DNA of 64,000 nt from an uncultured archaeon (GCA_964619365.1 CAZUDQ010000003.1:1-64000), one strand, 5' to 3'. Positions 19,253-28,957 are shown, counted from the first letter of the stretch. Made by a program: numbers and translations. The notes: generated by a model not told the origin, from the sequence alone.

Positions 19253-20629
19253 ATGAGACGCCTTCTTCTAGTAGGGATAATTCTTTCTTTTTTGATGTTA
19301 ACGACAGTTAGCGCCTATATGCCACCTGGCGCATACTACGAGATACCTGATGATTTTTTGAATCTTGAACCTGATTTTAATCCTGGTATGTATGATTGGG
19401 ACGGAATGTTTATCGGGGCTTGCGAGTGTCAGGCCGGTGATATTGGTGGCGGTTGCTCTAACATAGACGGTTGCGCCGCGCATAAGGTATGTGACACAGG
19501 ACTTTGTATGCTTAACTCCGATTGTGGCGGTCCGGGTTGCGGCTTAGACCTCTTTAATTGCGAGACTGCTTGTGATAATGCATTTGACGACTGCAAATTG
19601 GACTGTGGAATGAGCATATTTTGTGGCAAGACCTGTCTTGGAAAGAAGAATACCTGTTATGCAGCCTGCAATGATACTTATGATGACTGCAATGAGTGTA
19701 ACGGACTTTGGAGTTCCTGCCAGAAGGTAAACCTTTGTTGCAATGTTCAGTGCGCTGATGCTGCATACGCATGCAACCCTGATAACGGGGAGTGTGAGTG
19801 TAAGCATGAAGAAGAGCTCTGTGCGGCTGATGGAACCGGAAACGGCATTGATGAGGACTGCGACGGGGATATTGACGAAACCTGCGGGGCGTGTGCCGAG
19901 GATGAACTCGTTGCCTGTACAAAAGACGCATGTCCGGGGACAAGGACTTGCCAGGAGGATAACACCTGGGGCGATTGCGTAAAAAACAATCCGTGTTGCA
20001 AAGTTGACTGCGAGCCAAACGAGATGTGTAATCCATCAAACGGCGAGTGTGACTGTAAGATGACCACAGAGATTTGTGGAAACGCCTTTGACGATGATTG
20101 CGACGGAGAAAAGGACGAAGGATGCGCTGGTGCCCCGCCCTCTGGTTCCGAAGATGATAGCAATCCGGCAAATCCGCTTTGGAATTCAAGCGGAAGCACT
20201 TACGAGCAGGATGTTGCAGAAAGAAAAGAGGCATGCATCACAAAGGGTGGACGTTGCGTTGAGCAATGCGTTGGTTGTGCTCCAGAGTATCTTGAAGTCT
20301 GCGAAGACGGCGAAGTAATTGAGGGTATCTGTGCGCCCCCAAAGCCAGGTGTCATCGGAGGTACGCGTGAAGTTTGTTGTATTTCAAAAGAACTTGCAGG
20401 AGGGCAAAAACCACAGAATGCAAGCTCTGTTTTTGGAACTGACCAAAACATGGCATCAGATTTTGTAAAGGCACTAGACATAAACCTATTGATAATTTTT
20501 GCAATAATTATAATAGTGCTTGTAGGAGTTTTGATTGGAGTAAAGATGCTAAAAGGCAAAAAAGAGCCGCCAACTACGGTTGAGCAGGTGATACAATTGC
20601 CACCAGCGCAAGAGTCCCCAAAACAATAA
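19253..20629 (+). CDS. Exported, C-terminally anchored, very Cys-rich surface protein with MopE-like metal-binding repeats
   Basis: Signal peptide; GIDEDCDGDIDE and EICGNAFDDDCDGEKDE; C-terminal TM helix. Confidence 0.85.
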   Translation: MRRLLLVGIILSFLMLTTVSAYMPPGAYYEIPDDFLNLEPDFNPGMYDWDGMFIGACECQAGDIGGGCSNIDGCAAHKVCDTGLCMLNSDCGGPGCGLDLFNCETACDNAFDDCKLDCGMSIFCGKTCLGKKNTCYAACNDTYDDCNECNGLWSSCQKVNLCCNVQCADAAYACNPDNGECECKHEEELCAADGTGNGIDEDCDGDIDETCGACAEDELVACTKDACPGTRTCQEDNTWGDCVKNNPCCKVDCEPNEMCNPSNGECDCKMTTEICGNAFDDDCDGEKDEGCAGAPPSGSEDDSNPANPLWNSSGSTYEQDVAERKEACITKGGRCVEQCVGCAPEYLEVCEDGEVIEGICAPPKPGVIGGTREVCCISKELAGGQKPQNASSVFGTDQNMASDFVKALDINLLIIFAIIIIVLVGVLIGVKMLKGKKEPPTTVEQVIQLPPAQESPKQ

Positions 20630-20660
20630 ACCGCCACTAAAGGCGGGTTTTCCTTTCTTT
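20628..20660 (+). terminator. Hairpin CCGCC-actaaa-GGCGG plus pyrimidine tract
   Basis: Immediately after the stop codon at 20629. Confidence 0.55.
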
Positions 20661-20715
20661 CCTATATTTTTACTCTTTTTTATTCCATCTTTCTAATTTC
20701 ACGCAGGCACTTCTT

Positions 20716-20801
20716 GCCGAGGTGGCAGAATCTGGCTAATGCGCAAGACTGGAAATCTTGTGGGCTCTTCGCCCGTCTGGGTTCAAATCCCAGCCTCGGC
20801 G
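20716..20801 (+). tRNA. tRNA-Ser(GGA)
   Basis: Acceptor GCCGAGG/CCTCGGC; anticodon arm CAAGA-CTGGAAA-TCTTG; long variable arm; GGTTCAAATCC T-loop; no intron. Confidence 0.96.
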
Positions 20802-20885
20802 CCTCACTTTACTTTATATTGAATAATACACGACACCAAGGCTTATGTCAAAGTCATAAGTCCGGCATTTGCCCTCCACTTTAAC

Positions 20886-20899
20886 ATCCCAGCCTCGGC
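20886..20899 (+). repeat. 14-bp direct repeat of the tRNA-Ser 3' end (att-like scar)
   Basis: ATCCCAGCCTCGGC is identical to 20787-20800. Confidence 0.8.
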
Positions 20900-21021
20900 A
20901 CCCAACCTTACTAGTGAAGTCTTGGATATTGCCTTAAGGGGGCTTATGGATATACTGATTTTATGCTACACTGAACTAAGCGCCCCGACATGAAATCTAT
21001 AAACTATTAACTTTATCTTAG

Positions 21022-21087
21022 TGTGTGGATTTGTGGCAAATTGTGTGGAGTTGTGGCAAATACCATACTAATTTGCCCATATGGGCA
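21022..21087. promoter_or_regulatory. Direct repeat TGTGTGGAnTTGTGGCAAA x2 (20-bp period) plus perfect palindrome TGCCCATATGGGCA
   Basis: Repeats at 21022-21040 and 21042-21060; palindrome at 21074-21087, upstream of the operon starting at 21180. Confidence 0.6.
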
Positions 21088-21179
21088 TTTTATACTCAAA
21101 GCTTCTAAATAAGATATGAAAAACGAAAACTGGCGCGAAACCAGCAAAGGCAATTCAGAGTCAAAAGGAGACAAATAAA

Positions 21180-21464
21180 ATGCCAATAGGAGATGGAACA
21201 GGCCCCGATGGTAGGGGTGGATGGTGCACACCGCTCTGGCAGAGTGGTAAGATAGAAAGGCCGGAGCCCTTTTATGGAAGAGGTATGGGACGAGGTTTCG
21301 GAAGAGGTATGGGACGAGGTTTCGGAAGAGGTATGGGACGCTTCGCAGTCATGAGCGGGGGGCGAGAGTTTACGACAAGTGAAAAAGAATACCTTTCCAA
21401 TGAAATAGAGCAAATGGAAACTGACTTAGAAGGTGCGAAGAATCGCCTGAAGGAACTAAAATGA
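21180..21464 (+). CDS. DUF5320-like Gly/Arg-rich protein
   Basis: MPxGDGTGPxG start; GRGMGRGF 24-bp repeats at 21276-21340; C-terminal coiled coil. Confidence 0.8.
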   Translation: MPIGDGTGPDGRGGWCTPLWQSGKIERPEPFYGRGMGRGFGRGMGRGFGRGMGRFAVMSGGREFTTSEKEYLSNEIEQMETDLEGAKNRLKELK

Positions 21465-21826
21465 AAATTGCAGTGACAACTATGAAAGGGGGATTGGATG
21501 ATGACGTATCGTCCATGCTTGGGCGATGCTCCTATTTTACTATAGTTGAGGTGGATGGTGAAAAGATAACTAAAACTGAGATTCTGAAAAATGAGTTTGC
21601 GATGGCCGGTGGCGGCGTAGGTGTTCGCGTGGCGCAGTTTCTGGGCGAGTTATCAGTGAATGCAGTAATAGCGGGAAATTTTGGACCAAACGCATTTAGC
21701 ATACTAAATCAGGCGGGCATCAAATGCGTGCAAGCTCAGGGCAAAGTAAAGGATATCGTTATTGCATTTACAAAAGGCGAACTCAAAGAACTTAGTTCCG
21801 AGAGTGTACAGACCTTCAGGAAATGA
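21461..21826 (+). CDS. NifB/NifX-family (FeMo-cofactor-binding-like) protein
   Basis: MKIAV...GRCSYF...GNFGPNA pattern. Confidence 0.88.
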   Translation: MKIAVTTMKGGLDDDVSSMLGRCSYFTIVEVDGEKITKTEILKNEFAMAGGGVGVRVAQFLGELSVNAVIAGNFGPNAFSILNQAGIKCVQAQGKVKDIVIAFTKGELKELSSESVQTFRK

Positions 21827-21848
21827 GTTCTAAGGGTAATGAGAAATC

Positions 21849-22223
21849 ATGAAGATAGCAATACCATCTTCTGACAAATCAGGACTGGACTCAGAAATAT
21901 TTTTGCATTTTGGCAGGTGCCCATTCTATACAATAGTGGACACTGAATCCGACAAAGTAGAGGTATTAACAAACACTAGTGTTCATTTCGGCGGTGAGTT
22001 CGACCCCCCAAATCTCTTATCCAAAGCAGGAATCGAGGGTCTAGTCTGTTCGGATATTGGAACAAAGGCTATACGTTTATTCGATGACTTGGGGATAGAA
22101 ATTTTTATCGGGGCTGGCGGAACAGTTGAGGAAGCACTCGCAGCATGGAAAGAGGGAAAACTACAAAAGCCTGCAGGTGAATACACTTGTGAAGGACATA
22201 GAGACGAAAAAGGGGAACAATAA
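21849..22223 (+). CDS. NifB/NifX-family protein
   Basis: MKIAIP...HFGRCPFY...IGTKA pattern. Confidence 0.88.
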   Translation: MKIAIPSSDKSGLDSEIFLHFGRCPFYTIVDTESDKVEVLTNTSVHFGGEFDPPNLLSKAGIEGLVCSDIGTKAIRLFDDLGIEIFIGAGGTVEEALAAWKEGKLQKPAGEYTCEGHRDEKGEQ

Positions 22224-22240
22224 AGATTTTACAAAGGAAA

Positions 22241-23071
22241 GTGAGTAATACACGACAAATAGTGATAACCGGAGGGAAAGGTGGTACAGGCAAATCTACG
22301 TTTGCTATCCTCTTGTCTCTGAAGCTTGCAAAGGAGGGTAAGAAAGTAGTCCTGTGTGATGCAGATGTGGAGTGCCCGAACGACCATCTTATACTTGGAA
22401 TGGACCTAAGTGACGGAGAGGTCATATACCAGGACTTCCCGGAGATTGATAATGAGAAATGCACCCGATGTGGGAAATGCGTTGAACAATGCAGGTTCAA
22501 TGCACTATTCATGCTAAAGGGTCAGAAGCCTCAGATTGTAAAGGATCTCTGCTGTGGATGTGGGCTCTGCTGGGTGATATGCCCAGAGGGGGCAATCACG
22601 TCGAAGAAAGAGGCATGTGGAGTCTCGTTCACCAATAAGGTTTCAGACAACCTTTGGCTCGTAACTGGGAGATCACGTGCGGGAGTCGAAGAAAGCGGAC
22701 CCATTGTCAAAGAGACAAAGATGAGGGCGAGAAAGCTTGCCGAGAAGATGGGTGCAGATGTCCTTTTGGTGGACAGTGCTGCAGGAACACATTGTAGCGT
22801 GATTAACGCACTAACTGATTCGGAGTTAGCCTATGTGGTGACGGAGCCAACACCCCTCGGAGCGAATGATTCCAAGCTGATGCTAGACTTGCTTAAGATA
22901 ATCGGCATACCAAGCGAGATTGTATTGAACAAAAGTGGAATTGCGAGGGATGAAGTGATTGAAAATCTAGCGAAAAGTAAGAATGTAAAAATCTCTTATC
23001 GGATTCCTTATTCTAAAGACCTAGTGGAAGCGTATTCAAAAGGGAAGCTAAATGAGGTGGATCTCATATGA
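22241..23071 (+). CDS. MinD-superfamily P-loop ATPase with inserted 2x[4Fe-4S] ferredoxin domain
   Basis: GGKGGTGKS, DADVECPN, two CxxCxxCxxxC motifs, VTEPTP. Confidence 0.92.
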   Translation: MSNTRQIVITGGKGGTGKSTFAILLSLKLAKEGKKVVLCDADVECPNDHLILGMDLSDGEVIYQDFPEIDNEKCTRCGKCVEQCRFNALFMLKGQKPQIVKDLCCGCGLCWVICPEGAITSKKEACGVSFTNKVSDNLWLVTGRSRAGVEESGPIVKETKMRARKLAEKMGADVLLVDSAAGTHCSVINALTDSELAYVVTEPTPLGANDSKLMLDLLKIIGIPSEIVLNKSGIARDEVIENLAKSKNVKISYRIPYSKDLVEAYSKGKLNEVDLI

Positions 23072-23871
23072 AGATTACAATACTTTTAGAGGATACCATG
23101 AATCCTGAAAGCGGGCTTGAATGCGAACATGGTTTCTCGGCATTTGTTGAGTTCAAAGGTAAACGGATACTGTTTGATACCGGGCAATCTGGGGCATTCA
23201 TAAATAACGCCAAGAAGCTAGATATAGATCTTGCTAAAACTGACTTTGTTGTTTTGAGCCATGGACACTATGACCATACAGGCGGCCTTCCAGAGTTTCT
23301 TGAAAACTATGACTGCAAGGACATGACACTTATTGCCCATCCTGGAATCTTCGGGAAGAAATTGCAGAGCGATAAAACGGATATCGGTTGTGTTATAGGC
23401 AGACAGGAGCTAGAGACTGCATTTAAGGAATGCTTCTTTACGAAAACACCAGTAGAGCTTATGCCTGGAGCCAGTTTCCTAGGCGAAGTCCCACGGACCT
23501 ATGAGGATCCTGGAACGTGTGCTGATTGTGTGTTAAATGGTGAGATTGTGCCCGACCTTGTGAAGGACGACTCGGCTATTGTTTTCAAGACAGACAAGGG
23601 CGGAGTCCTGCTGACCGGATGCTCGCATTCTGGGATAATCAACCTCGCCAAAGAGAGTGAAAAGAGAGTCGGAAAACTCTGTGTGATAATCGGTGGGTTC
23701 CACTTAATGTACGCTGGAAAGCAGAGAATGAATAATATAATATCAGAGTTCAGAGAGATGAATGTCAAGGAGTTACGACCGGGGCATTGTACCAGCGAAG
23801 AGGCTATTGGTAGGATGGAAAAGGACTTGGATGCAAAGCGCATAACCACGGGGGAGGTAATTACAATATGA
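23068..23871 (+). CDS. MBL-fold metallo-hydrolase
   Basis: EHGFS, LFDTG, SHGHYDHTGG, GCSH, GGFH and HCT motifs. Confidence 0.9.
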   Translation: MKITILLEDTMNPESGLECEHGFSAFVEFKGKRILFDTGQSGAFINNAKKLDIDLAKTDFVVLSHGHYDHTGGLPEFLENYDCKDMTLIAHPGIFGKKLQSDKTDIGCVIGRQELETAFKECFFTKTPVELMPGASFLGEVPRTYEDPGTCADCVLNGEIVPDLVKDDSAIVFKTDKGGVLLTGCSHSGIINLAKESEKRVGKLCVIIGGFHLMYAGKQRMNNIISEFREMNVKELRPGHCTSEEAIGRMEKDLDAKRITTGEVITI

Positions 23872-24728
23872 AGATTGCTGTAGCATCAGGAAAAGGCGGG
23901 GTCGGCAAGTCTATGGTGGCCTCCGCTCTGGCCATGATGTTCGCTAAGAATAGACAGGTAGTGGCCGTGGATTGTGATGTTGACGCGCCCGATTTGGGCA
24001 TCTGGCTTGGAAACCCGGATTTTGGTAGCGGAATTAAGATATCACTTTCAGAGAAATCTGTAATAGATTATGATAAATGCATAGGTTGCGGTAAGTGTAA
24101 AGAAGCATGTAGGTTCAGCGCAATAGACCTCAAAGATAAAAAACCCGAAGTCTTGCCCTACCTCTGTGAGGGGTGTGGAGTATGTGAAGCAGTCTGTCCG
24201 ACAGGTGCGATATCCCTAAAGTCCGTGGATAACGGCGAGATAATAACTAGCGAAACCAAACAAGGTTTTCCATTAGTGACAGGCCTGCTGTATCCTGGCG
24301 AGACAGGTTCAGGTAAGATAGTTGCCGCCATCAAGGAACGGGCCGAGAAATTTGAACATAGCGTCATGCTTCTTGACTCTGCGGCCGGGATAGGATGTCC
24401 GGTGATAGCGTCATTAACGGGGGCTGATTATGCGGTACTCGTGACAGAACCGACCCCTTCAGGTTTTTCTGACCTTCAAAGGGTTTTGGAGATAGCCAAT
24501 CACTTTAAAGTGCCCTATGGAGTAGTAATAAACAAATGGGATATCAACAAAGAGATGAGTAAAAAGATTGAGGAATGGGCGGGTGAGAAAATGCTTGGAA
24601 AACTGCCATTCGACAAAGAGGTTTTTGTGTCAATTTCTGAACTAAAGCCCATAATGGAAAGCAAGTCCCTGGTAGTTCCTGAGTTGATGAAAATATCCAA
24701 GAAGGTTGAGACAAGGATATTAAAATGA
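23868..24728 (+). CDS. Second MinD-superfamily ATPase with ferredoxin domain
   Basis: SGKGGVGKS, DCDVDAP, two CxxCxxCxxxC motifs, AGIGCPV, VTEPT. Confidence 0.92.
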   Translation: MKIAVASGKGGVGKSMVASALAMMFAKNRQVVAVDCDVDAPDLGIWLGNPDFGSGIKISLSEKSVIDYDKCIGCGKCKEACRFSAIDLKDKKPEVLPYLCEGCGVCEAVCPTGAISLKSVDNGEIITSETKQGFPLVTGLLYPGETGSGKIVAAIKERAEKFEHSVMLLDSAAGIGCPVIASLTGADYAVLVTEPTPSGFSDLQRVLEIANHFKVPYGVVINKWDINKEMSKKIEEWAGEKMLGKLPFDKEVFVSISELKPIMESKSLVVPELMKISKKVETRILK

Positions 24729-24789
24729 ATACCTATGAATCTCACTTAAAAAAAGAGTCCTTCTTCCATGAAATTAGTAATAAGTAAAT

Positions 24790-25092
24790 ATGGCAAATGA
24801 GCAAAAAATCATAGCCGAATTGAGTGTAGTTCCTCTTGGCAGTGGGCCTAGCGTGAGCAAGTATGTCAAAGCGGCGATTAGAGAGCTAAAGTCGAGTAAT
24901 GTAAGAGTCGAGCTTAGCGCAATGGGGACAATACTCGAAGCAGGGAGCATTGATGACATCCTTAAAGCGGCCAAGCGCGCACATGAAGCAGCATTCCAGG
25001 CAGGTGCTGTGCGGGTTGTAACCACATTGAAAATCGATGACCGGAGAGACAAGATCCAAAGCATCGAATCAAAGCTTGCGGCTATAAGATGA
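24790..25092 (+). CDS. MTH1187/YkoF-family thiamine-binding protein
   Basis: AELSVVPLG, SVSKYV, MGT and KIDDRRDK motifs. Confidence 0.9.
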   Translation: MANEQKIIAELSVVPLGSGPSVSKYVKAAIRELKSSNVRVELSAMGTILEAGSIDDILKAAKRAHEAAFQAGAVRVVTTLKIDDRRDKIQSIESKLAAIR

Positions 25093-26015
25093 CTGAGGTA
25101 TATTCTTCTTCGCTGGGGAAAACTGAGTTCTTTCAAAGGATAGGAAACTTCAGGATAGAAAACATCCTTTCAGTTAAAAACAGCCAGGCAGGCCAAGGGA
25201 AGCCCACAGGCTTTGTGATAAGTGGGATATGGATTTCTATATTTATGGGCTCGGATGACAGCATGTGGGTGACATTGTTTAACACAAAGAGAAACCCAGA
25301 TTTGAAAGCATCGTTGGAAAAAGAGCTAGAGCTCTCCCCCAGTGAGACCTATCCTTATGTCCTTGAGAGCCCTTCAGAGGAAGTCGCAAGCATTTGGAGG
25401 AATGCCCTTAAGCAAAACAAGAGGGCTGGATACCTGGAGTTTTACAACAGCGAACTCGGGCAGGAAATACTCACGGCCGAGGCTGGATATGTTCGCGAAT
25501 GGCTAAAAGGATGTGAAACGGTGCTTGATGTTGGCTGTGGTCCTGGCGTCTTTGAAAAGGAGCTTTTGGATATGAACATTGTTGGCATAGACCCTTCTGC
25601 CGATATGCTACAATTGGCAAGGTCCCAGAACAAAGACATTTTCATCCAAGGCAAAGCTGAGAGCTTGCCCTTCAGGGATTCGTGTTTTGACGGAATATTC
25701 TTCATTGCTTCACTTGAGTTCACGGAGGATTACCGGCTTGCGATAGACGAGGCCGCAAGAGTTTTAAAGGATAATGGCAGAATCGCCATTTTGATGCTGA
25801 ACTCAGAATCTGCATATTTCAAGAAGATGATAACGAAAGGTGGGTATATTGCGTCAAAGCTCAGGCATACAAACATAAAGGAGATTGAAGCGTATATCTC
25901 AAAGAAGTTCGAGATCGCTGGAGAATATATGCTTGGAATACAGGGCGGTAGCGCGTTTTCCTCCTGCGATCCAGTGCAGGCAAGCATTTACGCATTAAAG
26001 GGGAAAAAGAGATGA
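25089..26015 (+). CDS. Class I SAM-dependent methyltransferase with N-terminal extension (start uncertain)
   Basis: VLDVGCGPG, GIDPS and AESLPFRDSCFD motifs. Confidence 0.85.
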   Translation: MTEVYSSSLGKTEFFQRIGNFRIENILSVKNSQAGQGKPTGFVISGIWISIFMGSDDSMWVTLFNTKRNPDLKASLEKELELSPSETYPYVLESPSEEVASIWRNALKQNKRAGYLEFYNSELGQEILTAEAGYVREWLKGCETVLDVGCGPGVFEKELLDMNIVGIDPSADMLQLARSQNKDIFIQGKAESLPFRDSCFDGIFFIASLEFTEDYRLAIDEAARVLKDNGRIAILMLNSESAYFKKMITKGGYIASKLRHTNIKEIEAYISKKFEIAGEYMLGIQGGSAFSSCDPVQASIYALKGKKR

Positions 26016-26093
26016 AAACCAGATACAACCCGGCGTTTAACTTTATGACTATGACATCACTATGTTTTTCTATTTTCTGTCGATAGATTCAAT

Positions 26094-26207
26094 ATGCATT
26101 TATCCAAACTTAATATAGTCCTAATAATTCTTGTCGCCCTTCTTGGCGCGATATGGCTGGGGATTGTTTTAAGCGGCCATTGCCCATCATGTACCCTTAA
26201 TGGTTGA
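26094..26207 (+). CDS. 37-aa single-TM microprotein, copy 1 (MHLSKLNIVLIILVALLGAIWLGIVLSGHCPSCTLNG)
   Basis: Hand-translated; same-length paralog at 28958-29071 with the frame preserved. Confidence 0.7.
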   Translation: MHLSKLNIVLIILVALLGAIWLGIVLSGHCPSCTLNG

Positions 26208-26265
26208 TTGTGGTGATTTTTCTTGCAGTTCCCATTAAGTTTCTATATTAAGCTAAGCCCAAACG

Positions 26266-26633
26266 ATGAGCAACCTTTTTTATCCCCAAAAAGTCGCAGA
26301 TACTAAACTTATAACGCGCGACGTTTCACTTGTCTTCATGTGGGCAGGACTCCTTTTTCTTATACCTATGTTTGTCAGCATACTATACGGCGTATTGTTG
26401 CAGGAGAAGGATTTGAGCGTTTGCGCCCGAGTATTGTCAATTCTGCAAAGATAATCTTTAAGATATACTGTTTTTGGACTGTTGCAGGAATCATCGCGCT
26501 TCTTCTTCTTGGAGTCCCTGCGTTTGATTCGCTTAATCTTTCCATGAACGCTGTTTCAACAACGGGGGCCGATGTCAGAAATGGTGGCTGGCTCTATTAT
26601 CAAGACAGCCTTAGCGGCAATTTTCCTATATTT
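26266..26633 (+). pseudogene. trkH: Partial trkH duplicate with a 370-bp internal deletion (frameshift), truncated next to the kef gene
   Basis: 26214-26392 matches 29078-29256, then 26383-26633 matches 29617-29867; joined at CTATACGGCG. Confidence 0.9.
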
Positions 26634-26634
26634 A

Positions 26635-28347
26635 TTAGCTAAATATCCTATGGCTATAACATTTGTATCTACCCTTCCTACTCTTCAGGTCATTTATGTG
26701 GGCAACTCTTTCTTCTAAGAACTTATCAAGATTAAGTTCGTTTTTCTCAATCAGTGTGGATGCATGATGCCCCCCGAGCAAATGGGGCATTATAACGTAT
26801 GTCCCCCCCCTTTCATATAAAGCAATAGCTTCTTCAATCTGATGAGAAACGACAATCACTATTGCGTCTTTATTGACTTCCCTTACTTTACTTATGAGAA
26901 GTTCACTCGTATCAAAATCCTGTATGGTCGATATTATCATTTTGACTTTGCAAAGATCCAGGCTGTCTAAGAGTTCTGAGTCATTGGCGTCTCCATATCT
27001 GCAGTTAATACCCTCTTTTGCCAAGTTGACAATAATTTCTGGGTCATAATCGATAACCAGGAACTTATTCTTGCCCTTTTTAAGCGATTCCAAAAGATCA
27101 TACCCTATGTTCTTATACCCAAATAGTATGCATTCATAGGGTTCTGTCCCATGGTATCTGTGTTCATCGATTTTCTTGCCCTTCTTTTCAAAGATCTTTA
27201 AATATTTTGACAATTTTGGATAAATCTTATTCGAATAAAGTATCAGGTAGCTTGATCCCGCAATAGTTATCAGCCCGACAGCAGTCACAATAGATAAGAT
27301 CTCAGTACCCAAATGCCCCGTCCTGATTCCCAGACTTATGAGAATGAAAGAGAATTCGCTTATTTGGGCAACAGTCAGACCTGCAAGGAAACTCGTCCTT
27401 TTGCTATAACCGAATCTCCCCATAAGTAACATCACGATTATCGGGTTTCCGATAAGGATGAAAAGTGACAACACGACTATTGGTATGAGATATGGTGTGA
27501 TGTTACTAAAACTCATCTGCGCTCCAAGGAATATGAAGAAAAGGACAATAAAGAAATCACGCAAGGGTGTGAGTTTTGAACTGATTTCATAGCGGAAAGG
27601 TGAGAGAGAAAGAGTTATTCCTGCAAAAAGTGCACCAATCTCCATAGAGAAGTTCATATAGTAGAAAAGACCGGCAAGTCCCAAAGCCCAGGCAAGAGAG
27701 AAAAGCAGTAAGAGTTCCTGTGACTTTGCAACTGCAGTTGTTACCTTAGGTAGGACATATATTCCCACAATACCCAAAAAGACAAGTAGGCCAACACCCA
27801 CAAGGAGTGTTTCGATTGCCATAGCTGCAAAATCGGCTCCCCCAGCTGTCGAGGAAATTACCATGAGTATAAATATTACAATAACATCTTGTACTATTAA
27901 AAAACCGATAGCAATCCTACCATATAATGTATCCGTATCTTTTTTATCCGATAGGAGTTTCATAATTATAATAGTACTACTAAACGTTAGTGCAATCCCT
28001 ATGTATATCGCCTCTATGTCAGTAAAACCTAAAAGCCTTGCTATGATAAATCCGCCAATCGAAGTGAATACGACCTGTCCAACACCCGTGACAATCGAGA
28101 TTTTACCGATATCCTTTATGACTTTGGGATCAAGTTTAAGTCCTACGATAAAAAGCAGGAGAGCTATTCCGATGTTAGAGAATATCATCAGGGAATCTTC
28201 TGACCTAAGGATATCAAACATATATGGACCGACAAGTATGCCCGAGATGATATAACCGATTATAAGTGGCTGTTTCATTAACCACATGATACCAGCTACA
28301 AGTGTACTGATACCCACAATAAGACTGAGCTCTATAAAGACTTCCAT
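26635..28347 (-). CDS. CPA2-family (Kef-type) cation/H+ antiporter with C-terminal RCK/TrkA-N domain
   Basis: LLLFIVGL, FSSTIII, LIVQD, QISEFSF; C-terminal IDYDP and YGDA. Confidence 0.92.
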   Translation of the reverse strand: MEVFIELSLIVGISTLVAGIMWLMKQPLIIGYIISGILVGPYMFDILRSEDSLMIFSNIGIALLLFIVGLKLDPKVIKDIGKISIVTGVGQVVFTSIGGFIIARLLGFTDIEAIYIGIALTFSSTIIIMKLLSDKKDTDTLYGRIAIGFLIVQDVIVIFILMVISSTAGGADFAAMAIETLLVGVGLLVFLGIVGIYVLPKVTTAVAKSQELLLLFSLAWALGLAGLFYYMNFSMEIGALFAGITLSLSPFRYEISSKLTPLRDFFIVLFFIFLGAQMSFSNITPYLIPIVVLSLFILIGNPIIVMLLMGRFGYSKRTSFLAGLTVAQISEFSFILISLGIRTGHLGTEILSIVTAVGLITIAGSSYLILYSNKIYPKLSKYLKIFEKKGKKIDEHRYHGTEPYECILFGYKNIGYDLLESLKKGKNKFLVIDYDPEIIVNLAKEGINCRYGDANDSELLDSLDLCKVKMIISTIQDFDTSELLISKVREVNKDAIVIVVSHQIEEAIALYERGGTYVIMPHLLGGHHASTLIEKNELNLDKFLEERVAHINDLKSRKGRYKCYSHRIFS

Positions 28348-28363
28348 TATCAGATTAAGGGAA

Positions 28364-28861
28364 TCAACGATCCCTGAGCAGGTTTATAATGCTACTTGGG
28401 GTCACGACACCTAAGACCTTCTTGTTCTCATTCACCACAGGGATATATTTAGAACCTTGCTTATATACGGTCTCAATAACCTTGTTTATCGGAGTGTCAT
28501 AAGTAATTGTTCTTTTGTTCTTGTTTATGAGCTCCTTTGCTTTTCTATGGGCAAATTCCCTTCTGTAGCCGCTTTCAAGCACTTTTGTAAGCGGCTCATA
28601 TTTCACCTGATTTAAAAACAGTCCGATAACATCCTCATCAGATACCATACCCACGAATTTCTTTTCTTTTGTAACGACAATGCATGTGTTTATCTCCTCT
28701 TTTTTCAGCTTTTTAATTATATCATTTCCGAAATCATCCTCGTTGACAAAGATGGGTTTTATCATGGCGTCTTTTGCCCTTAATTTTAACACATCATCGA
28801 TGTTGCATATGGATATTGCCTGCTCCTTCCTAAGGCCCTTTACAAATTCACTGCCTTTCAT
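28364..28861 (-). CDS. Stand-alone tandem CBS-domain protein
   Basis: AKDAM, FVGMVSDED and IPVVNENKKVLGVVT motifs. Confidence 0.85.
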   Translation of the reverse strand: MKGSEFVKGLRKEQAISICNIDDVLKLRAKDAMIKPIFVNEDDFGNDIIKKLKKEEINTCIVVTKEKKFVGMVSDEDVIGLFLNQVKYEPLTKVLESGYRREFAHRKAKELINKNKRTITYDTPINKVIETVYKQGSKYIPVVNENKKVLGVVTPSSIINLLRDR

Positions 28862-28957
28862 ATTTTAAAGTCTGTAATAAACGGTTTGATAAATAAAAGT
28901 TCTAAAATCTAGGCAGTCATAGAATTTATTTTCCCACAACTACTCGATAAATAAACA

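Noticed and set aside
19298-20637. Several antisense ORFs over the Cys-rich gene
   Set aside because: Shadow frames; the + strand ORF has a signal peptide, repeats and an anchor.
20631-20646. IS200/IS605 end hairpin (CCGCC-actaaa-GGCGG)
   Set aside because: No tnpA or tnpB nearby; its position after a stop codon with a pyrimidine tail fits a terminator.
21461-24728. Nitrogen fixation genes
   Set aside because: Only NifX-like carriers and MinD-type ATPases; no nifH, nifD or nifK motifs.
26340-26642. 100-aa ORF as an independent gene
   Set aside because: It is the out-of-frame remainder of the trkH duplicate after the 370-bp deletion.
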